The notes under the pieces are model-generated. The model did not search any database. It saw nothing but the letters and a program-made list of their open reading frames with translations, and was not told the DNA's origin. This document shows, one piece after another, positions 28,671 through 38,278 of a DNA stretch of 64,000 bases; within the stretch, counting starts at the first letter, position 1; the number at the start of each line of letters is the position of its first letter. A program made the translations under genes and the position numbers. Source of the DNA: an uncultured Clostridia bacterium (GTDB taxonomy: Bacteria > Bacillota > Clostridia > TANB77 > CAG-508); the NCBI GenBank assembly GCA_949155365.1, contig CASCUT010000005.1:754-64753 (forward strand), written 5' to 3'.

Positions 28671-29192
28671 CTATTTAATCGTATCCCAATATACCATCTC
28701 ATCCATTGCATTTCTTCTATCATGTGCTTCACTTGGCTTTGCCTCTTCTGCTGGGTATCCTACTGGTAATATGGCAACAATTTCAAGATTTTCTGGTATT
28801 TCATAGATTTCACGGACCTTTGCTGGGTTAAAAGAGCCTATCCAAGTAGTTCCTAGTCCTAATTCTTGAATTTCTAACATCATATGCGTTGTTGCTATGC
28901 TGGCATCTACTACTCCTTCATCTTGTCCATCAAACTTTCTTTTCCATGATACATTTTTATCATAGCAAATAATCATAATAACAGGAGCTCCCCAACCAAA
29001 CCTAGTACACTCACTTAGTTTTTCTAATTGCTTTTCCTCTTGCAAAACTAACACTCTCTGAGGTTGATAGTTTACTGCCGTTGGTGCGATTCTTCCTGCT
29101 TCCAATATTTGTTCTAATTTTTCCTTTTCTACTTTCTTATCTAAAAAACTTCTACAAGAATATCTTGCTTTTGCTAATTCTAAAAACCCCAC
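28671..29192 (-). CDS. Nitroreductase family protein
   Basis: RYSCRSF, APTAVNYQP, LGLGTTWIG, LPVGYP. Confidence 0.92.
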   Translation of the reverse strand: MGFLELAKARYSCRSFLDKKVEKEKLEQILEAGRIAPTAVNYQPQRVLVLQEEKQLEKLSECTRFGWGAPVIMIICYDKNVSWKRKFDGQDEGVVDASIATTHMMLEIQELGLGTTWIGSFNPAKVREIYEIPENLEIVAILPVGYPAEEAKPSEAHDRRNAMDEMVYWDTIK

Positions 29193-29209
29193 TTCATTTT
29201 CCTCCTTTT

Positions 29210-29524
29210 CTATTTCTTTCTTGGCTTTGGTAGTGGTGTTACTTTTTCTACTTCCATGATAATAGACTTACAAAACTCTGCATTATCAATATCTAATATA
29301 TAATGTTCTTTCGCTCCTTTATAAGGATAACCTGTTTGTGCTTCTTTCATTTCCTTTTCAATACAAGGTAATTTTTTTACAAATGCTGTATTATCACAAA
29401 CAATGATAACAGGTTTATCATTCACATATACCATGTATTCTCCAAACATTTTCTTATATCGAATCTCTCCTATTCCATTTATTTGTTCACATACATATTC
29501 TATATATTCTATTGTTGTTGCCAT
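29210..29524 (-). CDS. TfoX N-terminal domain protein
   Basis: YKKMFGEYMVY...VCDNTAFVK. Confidence 0.85.
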   Translation of the reverse strand: MATTIEYIEYVCEQINGIGEIRYKKMFGEYMVYVNDKPVIIVCDNTAFVKKLPCIEKEMKEAQTGYPYKGAKEHYILDIDNAEFCKSIIMEVEKVTPLPKPRKK

Positions 29525-29539
29525 ATTTCTTTTCCTTTC

Positions 29540-31120
29540 CTATTTTGATTCTAAGATTTCTTTTCTCTCTTGCTTTTCTTCTGTGATCTGTTTTTTCTTG
29601 CTTCTAAATTTTTGAATTTGAATAGAAGCAACTGGTATTAATACTAAAAGATAAGGAAGAATATATCTTGATTTCGCTTCCCATAATAAATGGAAGGTAA
29701 ATCCTCCAATAAAAATCGTAATTAGAAATAAGACATCCAAAGACATTTTCTTTCTATTTTGGATTAATACAATAATGCTAGAACCACCAATTAGTATTAC
29801 TAATGCTTTCTGATAAAAGGCTACCCCTCTTAACCTGTCATTTTCTTCGATATTATTATTCATTCCTACTGAATAGGTCGTTTCTGTCCACATTGAGCCG
29901 ATTTTATGATAATAAAATTGAGCCATTTCACCGAGATTTTTTGAAAAATAAGTTATTCTTTCTTTGATTTTTTCTTTATATTCTTCTGTTATCTCTTGTG
30001 GATTCTGTAATGCTTTTTGTGCAATTTCTTCGCTGTACCACCCACTTGCTCTTGGTGATTCTTCCATTCCCATTAATAGATAACTAATATTAGGATATGT
30101 TTTACTCTTATCTAACTCATATTGAGCAAAATAATAATTCTTTACAAGAGAGGCTGGTAAGATAGAAATCATAACATATAACACAATTATCGCAATTTTT
30201 ATTGTATTTTCCTTCCCGCTACTTTGTTTTAATTCTTGCCATACTGCTAATAATAAATACATTACTGTAGCAATCACAAAAATTAAACTATTCATTCTCA
30301 TCATATATGCAATCATTGTAAAAGTAGAAGCACCTACCACATATCTGATTTGTTTTGTTTCTCTGTATTTCATCATAAAATAAACAGAAAACAAACATAA
30401 GGCAATACTAGGAATATCTCCATAAATAAAGGTGGCTAGCATTGGCAATGAAACAAATGTTAAAATTAATGTCAATAATAAAACTTTATTTGTTTTGTAT
30501 TTGTTTGCTAAATGCTTACCAATTAAATACACAGCCATTACAATTGCCATATTTCCAAGAATATTTAATCCTCTTAAAATTTCCATTACATCAGTATGTA
30601 TGATACGAAACACAACGTGAAATACAAATGCTAGAGATATTTGTTGTGGATATGCCTGCATATAATCTTTAAGAGAAATTCCTGCATAGGTTAAATTTGA
30701 CAACAATTGTGTTTCATTTTCACGATAAAATACTTGTGCTAAATTGCACACATGAACGGAATCTCCTACTACATTGGGAGTTACCTTTGCTACCCACATA
30801 ATGTTTCCGAAAAGATAGATTAAAATTCCTAGCACGAACAGCCATTTCCTAACCTTCTTTTTCTTTTTTGAATCTTTGTCGTTCAGTTTTTCGTTTATCT
30901 TATTACTTAAACCATAAATTCCTATTCCTAATAACACAAGGAAAACAATCCTTAACACCGAATGGTATTGGATAGTAATATGTTCTCCTAAGTCTAATTT
31001 TGCAGTGATGATTACATTTAAAATGGTAATTATTATTAAGGATAGGATACCTATTCCATAGATTAATTTTTTCACTTTTTTTCTCCCCTTTTTTCTCTTC
31101 TTTTCCAATGTATATTTCAT
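29540..31120 (-). CDS. Polytopic membrane protein, GT-C/PMT-like glycosyltransferase
   Basis: More than 10 TMs; YMQAYPQQ, FIYGDIPS, FHLLWEAKSRY. Confidence 0.7.
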   Translation of the reverse strand: MKYTLEKKRKKGRKKVKKLIYGIGILSLIIITILNVIITAKLDLGEHITIQYHSVLRIVFLVLLGIGIYGLSNKINEKLNDKDSKKKKKVRKWLFVLGILIYLFGNIMWVAKVTPNVVGDSVHVCNLAQVFYRENETQLLSNLTYAGISLKDYMQAYPQQISLAFVFHVVFRIIHTDVMEILRGLNILGNMAIVMAVYLIGKHLANKYKTNKVLLLTLILTFVSLPMLATFIYGDIPSIALCLFSVYFMMKYRETKQIRYVVGASTFTMIAYMMRMNSLIFVIATVMYLLLAVWQELKQSSGKENTIKIAIIVLYVMISILPASLVKNYYFAQYELDKSKTYPNISYLLMGMEESPRASGWYSEEIAQKALQNPQEITEEYKEKIKERITYFSKNLGEMAQFYYHKIGSMWTETTYSVGMNNNIEENDRLRGVAFYQKALVILIGGSSIIVLIQNRKKMSLDVLFLITIFIGGFTFHLLWEAKSRYILPYLLVLIPVASIQIQKFRSKKKQITEEKQERKEILESK

Positions 31121-31749
31121 TCTTTTTTTAGTGTTACCCCTAATAAATATAGCAAATCCATTGCTTGTAGTTCCTCTACAATTGCTCCTTTTATATCCTC
31201 TAAAGAAATAGCAATTCCTTCTATCTTACAAGTGGATAAATCAATTCCTTTCAAACTAGTTTTAGAAAATTGTGCTTGTGTTAAATCCACCTGTTCAAAT
31301 GCTATATTTCTTATTTTCGTTTCTTGAAAATAACTATTTCTCATCTGTGAATTATTCCACTTCAAATTTTCTAGTGTTGCCATTGCTAAATTAATATAAT
31401 TGGCATTTGTCTCCACAAAAGAAATATGATATAAGCCATTTTCCGAAAAATTACAACCCGAAATTTTACAATTTTTGAATTCACATCGTATAAAAGAACA
31501 TTCTACAAAATCGCTATTCGAAAAATTACAATTTTCAAATAGGACATCTCGAAACGTTACTTTCTCAATTTTGGCTTTTTGCATACTAATGGTATGAAAT
31601 TTACAATACTCAAATTGAAAATCCCATATCTTAATTTCATCACACTTTTGATTTTGAAAATAAGCATACCTTATTTTTTCTATTTCTAATATCTCACTCA
31701 ATTCTTTTTCTTCTAAATTTTCTAACTTTTGTGGTTTTTGTATTTTCAT
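31117..31749 (-). CDS. Pentapeptide repeat protein
   Basis: Repeats FENCN/FSNSD/FVECS/FIRCE/FKNCK; SLKGIDLSTC. Confidence 0.88.
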   Translation of the reverse strand: MKIQKPQKLENLEEKELSEILEIEKIRYAYFQNQKCDEIKIWDFQFEYCKFHTISMQKAKIEKVTFRDVLFENCNFSNSDFVECSFIRCEFKNCKISGCNFSENGLYHISFVETNANYINLAMATLENLKWNNSQMRNSYFQETKIRNIAFEQVDLTQAQFSKTSLKGIDLSTCKIEGIAISLEDIKGAIVEELQAMDLLYLLGVTLKKE

Positions 31750-31762
31750 TTTTTGTCTCCTC

Positions 31763-33646
31763 TTATTCTGCTTCTAATAATTGAGATAGTACTTCAATAA
31801 ACATCGCATGTGACCAATTTAATCCGATTACCCAAACTGGCTCTTTGGTAACATCATCTACTTGTTCTGCTAGAAATCCATGTTCTGATGCGGAGTTCAC
31901 TACATAATAGAAACATTCTTCTGCTTTCTCTTTTTCTCCTATTTGTAAGTAGTACAATGCCATCCATAATGTAGTAATTGGCCATGGATTTTGTCCCCCT
32001 CTATACGAATCTTGTTCATAACGAAGATACCCACCATGTGGCATTCGAATTGTTTGATTGATTTGCTTAATGGTATTTTCTATTCTCTCTTCTTTGCTAC
32101 CAAATACTTGAAATGGAACTACAATTCCCAAAATACTCATATCCATTTTGTTATCCTCTGTATTTCTAACAAATGCATTTCTTCCTTCATGATAAAAGTG
32201 AGTTTCGATATATTGTTTTAACCATGCCTTCTGCTGTTGTAATCGATCTATTTGCTCTTGCCTTTTGGCTTGTTCTTCTTGTTTTGCAAGTACTTGTTCT
32301 ATTCCTATCATTGCTTCAAATGCTCCATAAATGGATGCTAAGGAATAAATGGATATTCCTTCTTTTTCTTCCCAAAGATCATAACTCTTTGGAAATTTGT
32401 AGTTTTCTACATTTCCTTTCAGCATTCCCTCTATCCAATTTTCTAAAAATTGAATTGCCCTTTGACACATTTCTTCTATGTCTCTTAAAAATTCAATTTC
32501 CTGCTCTATTTTATAATGCTCATAAGCCCCATACACTACACTTGCTGTTTCATCAATTTGATATCCCCATGAAGGTGCCAATCTTCCGTCGGTATAAAAT
32601 CTCTGTTCCCAGTTTCCTTCTTTGTTTTGCGTTTGTTTGCAGAAAATTTGATAAAACCTTTTTGCTTCCTCGTTCATTCCAATTAAATCCATTGCTTTCG
32701 TGATAAAAGCAGCATCTCTAGGCCAGCAATAGGAATATCTTCCACAATTGGTTTTCGCTTCGTCTACTTCAATACTAGCTGAAATTCCTCCTGTTTTTGG
32801 GTTTGTCAATAATGGGTATAGTAAAATGGTTCTAATATAAATTTGTCTTACTTTTTCATTTTGAATTTTCTCAAAATTTATTTTGAGATGTTTTTGTGTA
32901 TAAGTTTCCCAATATGCTTTTGTTTGTTCATATAACTCTTGTTCGTCTAACGCTTTGATTCGTTCTATTGGTTCTTCTATCTGGTTTGTTCCTAGATGTT
33001 TTTGGTTGTCATTCACATATAGGTAAAGCGTAATTTCTTTTTCTTCTCCTGGTTTTAAGTTTCCTATTTCATAACAAATACTAGAATCCTTTGACATTCC
33101 AATATAATCTTTTCCCCCGATGGATGCGGAATAAATGCTTCCTTCTGCTCCATTGATTTGGTAACTTTTCAATTCTTGCTTGGAGAAAAAGCAAGTTGTA
33201 TAGTCATGATTATAATGCATTAAGGTATGATTTTTCACGAAACCACAAGTATCATTATCAAAATCAGAAAAAGATTTTACATAGAATAAAAAGTCTACCT
33301 TTTCTTCCATATCACTTTCATTGATGAACTTATATTTTTTTACCATAAAATTCTCATGAATTGGCACATAATCAATTTGCTCTATTTTCAACTTAAAATA
33401 TTGATTGAATATTTCTGTTTTTAGTAGATTCGTATTTCCTATATATTCTTGATGATATTTATTATTAATATCATCATGTAATGGCACAAGTGCAGATTCG
33501 TTTACTTTTACGCCTTCGATTACTTTTTCAAAAAATTGCCTATAATCTGTGGTAGGATAAAAAAATCTTAGTAATTCTCCTTGCTTATTAAAACTAATTG
33601 TCATAGTTTCATTTCCAATGATGGCATCATTCAAATATTTTTCCAT
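31763..33646 (-). CDS. Glycoside hydrolase family 15 (glucoamylase-like)
   Basis: YSYCWPRDAAF, QIDETA, DLWEE, RYEQDSY, LAEQV, LNWSHAMF. Confidence 0.9.
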   Translation of the reverse strand: MEKYLNDAIIGNETMTISFNKQGELLRFFYPTTDYRQFFEKVIEGVKVNESALVPLHDDINNKYHQEYIGNTNLLKTEIFNQYFKLKIEQIDYVPIHENFMVKKYKFINESDMEEKVDFLFYVKSFSDFDNDTCGFVKNHTLMHYNHDYTTCFFSKQELKSYQINGAEGSIYSASIGGKDYIGMSKDSSICYEIGNLKPGEEKEITLYLYVNDNQKHLGTNQIEEPIERIKALDEQELYEQTKAYWETYTQKHLKINFEKIQNEKVRQIYIRTILLYPLLTNPKTGGISASIEVDEAKTNCGRYSYCWPRDAAFITKAMDLIGMNEEAKRFYQIFCKQTQNKEGNWEQRFYTDGRLAPSWGYQIDETASVVYGAYEHYKIEQEIEFLRDIEEMCQRAIQFLENWIEGMLKGNVENYKFPKSYDLWEEKEGISIYSLASIYGAFEAMIGIEQVLAKQEEQAKRQEQIDRLQQQKAWLKQYIETHFYHEGRNAFVRNTEDNKMDMSILGIVVPFQVFGSKEERIENTIKQINQTIRMPHGGYLRYEQDSYRGGQNPWPITTLWMALYYLQIGEKEKAEECFYYVVNSASEHGFLAEQVDDVTKEPVWVIGLNWSHAMFIEVLSQLLEAE

Positions 33647-33821
33647 AAAAACTCCTCCTATTGCCTTTACGTTTTTTCTTCCGTTATTCCTTTTTAAATT
33701 TTATATTCAAATCATAACATAAAATCAAATTAGTATCTACTTTTTCTAATAAATTTTATGAATATTTTTGTTCCTTAAAAAATTTTAGTATCGTTCTACT
33801 AAGTTCCTCTTTTTATCTAAC

Positions 33822-33861
33822 AATAAAAGGTGTAATCTTTCTATCGATTACACCTTTTATT
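33822..33861 (-). terminator. Terminator after bsh
   Basis: AATAAAAGGTGTAATC-8 nt-GATTACACCTTTTATT. Confidence 0.75.
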
Positions 33862-33894
33862 AAAAATTATTTTTATTCTATTCGTTCTTTTGAA

Positions 33895-34869
33895 TTAATT
33901 TTGCTTTCTAATTTGTTCTTCTTTTATTACTTCAAATCGAATTAATTCCTTCCCTTCTAAATCTTCTTTGTTCATATCAACTGCTGTAATTTGATGGTTA
34001 TCATATGTGGTATAGTAGTAAATTCCTTTTTCTGTATTACAACAGGAAGTATAAATTGTCGTCTCATATACACCGTCTTTTAATTCACAACATCCTCTTT
34101 GTTGGTCAACCGAATTTAAAATATGAAAACATTGACTTACACTTTGTTTTTCGTCTTCTCCAGAAACGGAATTCATCTTAACAAAGGAAGCTCTTATAAA
34201 TCTAGATTGGGAAGATAAATCTCCTGGAAGTCCTATTGCTCCCATTCCTCTACTGTATGCTTTTAGAGATAATCCTTTGGCAAATTTATTTTCTGGTTCT
34301 TTGGTGGATAAATTCATATAATTATTTAATTCGAATAGTTGTGTATCAAATGGTGGATTGTTTGTTAATACCCCTACTGGATTTTCGTATATTTTAATTC
34401 CCTCTTTTATCACTTCTAAAGTGATTACTTCTTCTTTATCCGCAATTATCCAATGTAACTGCGCAACTGGTAATTTATCGTTAAAAGGAATGTCCACTAT
34501 ATTCATTTTCTCTATTTGGTCTCGCACTTCTTTTACATTGGCACATTGTCCAAGAAGCCATGGAATTAATTCGAATTGTGCTATATTTTGTTTTCCTTTT
34601 TTTCCTTTTTGATATACCGCATTTCCTACAAAGTTCAACCCTGCTATTGCCAATCCTTTTTCATTTATTGCTTCATAATAAAGAGGGTAGTTTTGCGTAA
34701 CATGTGCCATTCCAATCATGGCATAATGTGTAGTTTGACTTTTCTCTTCTCTAAAATGAAACGGATAATTTCTTGGTGTAATAGTAATTTCATCTCCATA
34801 TGAAAATTCATAATCCAACGTTCTTCCAAAATAAAAATCTTTGGTTTGGTATGTTATGGCTGTACACAT
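33895..34869 (-). CDS. bsh: Choloylglycine hydrolase (bile salt hydrolase)
   Basis: N-terminal nucleophile MCTA, YFGRTLDYE, NEKGL, VLTNNP, LPGDLSSQSRF. Confidence 0.9.
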   Translation of the reverse strand: MCTAITYQTKDFYFGRTLDYEFSYGDEITITPRNYPFHFREEKSQTTHYAMIGMAHVTQNYPLYYEAINEKGLAIAGLNFVGNAVYQKGKKGKQNIAQFELIPWLLGQCANVKEVRDQIEKMNIVDIPFNDKLPVAQLHWIIADKEEVITLEVIKEGIKIYENPVGVLTNNPPFDTQLFELNNYMNLSTKEPENKFAKGLSLKAYSRGMGAIGLPGDLSSQSRFIRASFVKMNSVSGEDEKQSVSQCFHILNSVDQQRGCCELKDGVYETTIYTSCCNTEKGIYYYTTYDNHQITAVDMNKEDLEGKELIRFEVIKEEQIRKQN

Positions 34870-34929
34870 TTCTCTTTCTCCTTTTTTCACTTTTTATTGA
34901 AGTATCCCCCATTTTCTCTAAAACATACC

Positions 34930-35721
34930 TTATTCTACATTCACTCCTTTTTCAAAAACCTTTCTTCCTAATAGATAATAGAAAACAAGATACACACCAT
35001 ATATTCCAATCGCTCCATATAGTAAAAACTTTATTGCGTCTATACTAATCATTTCTGTTGTATTAATCAAATTCATAATATTCGCATTAAATATACCAAA
35101 TATACAAATTATGACTAAACTTACCATTTGCGTTCCCATATAGCATCCAAAACCAATTACAATTGACTTAAGCATTTTATTGGTATTGGATTTATGACCT
35201 AATATAATTCCTACATATCCAATTAAAACAATCCATATCATTTGCATGGCAAGAATCAAACTAACTAACAATAAAATGTTCACTACCGTTGTTTGATACG
35301 TGGTTGCTGCTAATTCTAATATCGATTTTAACATCTCTATATTGGCTTCCGAATAATAGCAAATGGCCAAACAAATAAGAATGATAATAACCGTAGTAAT
35401 AATACTAATAAAAGCTGAAATGACTTTTGAAGCATATATTGTCTTTTTCTTTACTGGTATTGTATGTGTTAAATACGATTCATCTTTATAACAATTTTTA
35501 ATAAACCTAGCCCATAAACGCATAACACAATTAATTACACTACTTACCATCATACTAATAGCAATTCCAAAACAAATTTGACTTACCACTGAAAAAATAA
35601 CTGAATTTTTAATTTCTTGTAACCCTCTTCCTAACATAGAAAAGAGAATGGCTAATGCATAGAACACTACTACCACTTTATAAATCCATTTTAAATCATA
35701 TTTTACTAATTTTCCTAACAT
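34930..35721 (-). CDS. ABC-2 type permease
   Basis: MLGKLVKYD, YLTHTIPV, six TMs; operon with ATPase. Confidence 0.8.
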   Translation of the reverse strand: MLGKLVKYDLKWIYKVVVVFYALAILFSMLGRGLQEIKNSVIFSVVSQICFGIAISMMVSSVINCVMRLWARFIKNCYKDESYLTHTIPVKKKTIYASKVISAFISIITTVIIILICLAICYYSEANIEMLKSILELAATTYQTTVVNILLLVSLILAMQMIWIVLIGYVGIILGHKSNTNKMLKSIVIGFGCYMGTQMVSLVIICIFGIFNANIMNLINTTEMISIDAIKFLLYGAIGIYGVYLVFYYLLGRKVFEKGVNVE

Positions 35722-36410
35722 TTAAAATACCTCCTAAATATCTCGTCAATTGATTGTTTTTCCTTGTTTCGTAATTCATCCGCAGAAGAAGTTAATACAA
35801 TCTCTCCTTCTTTCATCAAAATTACTTCATCTAAAATTCTTTCAATATCTGAAATTAAATGAGTCGAAATAATCACACTTGCTCCCTCACTAAAATTAGA
35901 AAGTATGGTATCTAAAATATAATCTCTTGTAGCAGGGTCTACACCACCTAAAGGCTCATCTAAAATATAAAGTTTTGCCTCTCTACTCATTACTAAGATT
36001 AGTTGTAATTTTTCTTGCATTCCCTTTGACATTTGGGAAATTTTTTTGTTGCAATCTAAGTCTAAGTCTTGCAATAATTGTAGGGCTTTTTCGGTATGAA
36101 AGTTCTCATAAAATTCTTCAAAATAGTGTATCACTTCTTTAATCGTCATATTTTTTTCTAAATAGGTTCTTTCTGGTAAATAGGAAATGATTTTCTTTGA
36201 AGATACTCCTGGTTTTTCTCCTTCAATTCGGATTTCTCCACTAGTAGGGGTTAATAAATCATTTATCAACTTAATTAACGTTGTTTTTCCTGCTCCATTT
36301 TTGCCTAAAAGACCTACTATTTTTCCTCTCGGAATGGTTAGATTAATATCTTTTAAAATTGGTTTGTGATCAAATTCTTTTCCTAGATGTTTACATTCTA
36401 ATAGTTCCAT
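35715..36410 (-). CDS. ABC transporter ATP-binding protein
   Basis: GKNGAGKTT, MSKGM, LDEP, STH. Confidence 0.93.
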   Translation of the reverse strand: MELLECKHLGKEFDHKPILKDINLTIPRGKIVGLLGKNGAGKTTLIKLINDLLTPTSGEIRIEGEKPGVSSKKIISYLPERTYLEKNMTIKEVIHYFEEFYENFHTEKALQLLQDLDLDCNKKISQMSKGMQEKLQLILVMSREAKLYILDEPLGGVDPATRDYILDTILSNFSEGASVIISTHLISDIERILDEVILMKEGEIVLTSSADELRNKEKQSIDEIFRRYFKC

Positions 36411-36414
36411 GTTT

Positions 36415-36774
36415 TTATCCTCCTAACTCTTGCAAGTATTTGATTGCGTCTTCTTGTGCTATACCGATTTCTTTCATATCCTTCAAATAGCGTTCCACTT
36501 TTTGCTTTGCCAATTCTTTTTTTATTGCTTCAATCACTTCTTTTTGATTGGTTACAAATTTTCCATTTGTTCTTTCTGTATAGACTAACCCTTCCTGTTC
36601 TAATTCTACTAATGCCTTTTGCATGGTATTGGGATTCACTCTTGCCGTTAGTGCTAGCTCTCTCACGGAAGGAATTCTTTCCCCTTGCTTTCTCTTTCCA
36701 GAAACAATTTCACTTTTAAATTTTTCTACCAACTGAATATAGATTGGCCTCTCGTTATCAAAATAATATTCCAC
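36415..36774 (-). CDS. GntR family (YtrA-like) regulator
   Basis: PIYIQL, PSVRELA, VNPNTMQKA; GTG start after AAAGGA. Confidence 0.9.
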   Translation of the reverse strand: MEYYFDNERPIYIQLVEKFKSEIVSGKRKQGERIPSVRELALTARVNPNTMQKALVELEQEGLVYTERTNGKFVTNQKEVIEAIKKELAKQKVERYLKDMKEIGIAQEDAIKYLQELGG

Positions 36775-36791
36775 TATCGTTTTCCTTTCTT

Positions 36792-36819
36792 TTATTGTAT
36801 TACTTGCATAATACAATAA
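36792..36819. promoter_or_regulatory. Putative YtrA/GntR operator
   Basis: Perfect inverted repeat TTATTGTATTA-cttgca-TAATACAATAA abutting a TTGACA-17-TATTAT promoter (36844-36816). Confidence 0.75.
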
Positions 36820-36930
36820 TACTATTTTGTTTTTCTTTTGTCAACTATTTTTAAAAAAAGAATTGTTTTTCTTCTTATTTTCTTATATAATAAGTCTATT
36901 CTATTTTATCATGATTAGGAGGGAAGCAAG

Positions 36931-37392
36931 ATGGCAGAAAGATATCAAACAAAAGTAGCTATTTTTTTGGTACTGACTAGAGAAAATGAAAATGGTAAAG
37001 AAATCTTATTACAAGAAAGATGTAATACCGGTTACATGGACGGGAAATATGATACTGCTTGTAGTGGACATGTAGAAAAAGGAGAATCGTTAACAATGGC
37101 AGTATGTAGAGAAGCCAAAGAAGAAATTGGTCTTACCATCCACGAAAAGGATTTGCAATTGGTTTGCGTTATCCATGCCTATCAAGAAGACTATCTTAAT
37201 GTATATTTTACAACCGATACTTATCAAGGTACTCCTAGTATCATGGAGCCAAATAAATGTGATAATTTACAATGGTTTCCTATTCAGCAATTACCTAGCA
37301 ACACCATTCCACGTGTTCGAAATGTAATTACTTGTATGAGTGAAAAGGCTTTTTATGATGATGCTGATTTTACACATCATAAAGATTTATAA
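36931..37392 (+). CDS. NUDIX hydrolase
   Basis: RCNTGYMDG, GHVEKGE...REAKEEIG, EPNKC. Confidence 0.9.
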   Translation: MAERYQTKVAIFLVLTRENENGKEILLQERCNTGYMDGKYDTACSGHVEKGESLTMAVCREAKEEIGLTIHEKDLQLVCVIHAYQEDYLNVYFTTDTYQGTPSIMEPNKCDNLQWFPIQQLPSNTIPRVRNVITCMSEKAFYDDADFTHHKDL

Positions 37393-37424
37393 AGTTACAA
37401 AATAGGGTGAGTTTCAAAGGAAGC

Positions 37425-37953
37425 TCACTTTATTTTGTAGCAAATATCTTCAATTTTATACCCTTGTTCTTTTACTTCTCCTTTTCTCCCATTTTTTGTA
37501 TTTCTTTCGTAGATTACCCTATATTCTATTTTTTCTCTATTTTTCCTAAACCATTCTGTTATTTCCTTTACCGCCTTTGGTTTGTAATACACTTGATAAT
37601 ATTGATTTCCTTTTGAGATATCTGGTACAATTGCTATTTTTTCGCATTTTCCTACCTGTTTCATTATTTTCAACCATACATAGTTCTTTTGCCATGTCTA
37701 TCGAAATATAATATTCTTTCGTTTTTGTTCCTAGATTGTCTTTTTGGTCACATTTCACAAAATTGTGAAATGTGAAGAAATCTTGATATTCAGTAAATTT
37801 ATAATGTTCTATCCTTTGCTTTATCCAATCTGCAAACTTTCTTTTATTTTCTAATATTTTGTGCAATTCTCTTGCATTAATTAATCTTTCGCCCTTCTTA
37901 TTTTCATAAATAGGCACAATTTCTCCTTCTATTATTTTTAATTCTCGTTCCAT
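37425..37953 (-). pseudogene. AntA/AntB antirepressor-domain gene with frame break near 37644
   Basis: INARELH, FADWIKQRI, YYISIDMAKELCMVENN; plausible continuation in +1 frame to 37425. Confidence 0.6.
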
Positions 37954-38278
37954 ACACATTCTTCTTTTCTTTATTTTTTATTTTTACTTTGGGAATTTTT
38001 TAGAATAAAACTTTGAAATAAATCTTTAATATTTTACCACATTTTTCCAAAAAATGCAATCAAAATCATTCTGGTTTATTTTCTATTTTTCGACAAAATC
38101 AAGAAATAGATTTTAGAAATTGTACTTCTCTTTGCTCAAACAATTTCTAAAAATTTCCATAATTATCTTGTCCAGAGTTTTTCTTCCCTTCGGTCGAAAA
38201 TTCCTACAATATAAAAAATAATGAGATTCTAAACCTCATTATTTTCTTTTTATTTATTATCTAAACTATCTTTTCCTA

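Noticed and set aside
31117-31749. Qnr quinolone-resistance gene
   Set aside because: A generic pentapeptide repeat protein; Qnr-specific features cannot be established by eye.
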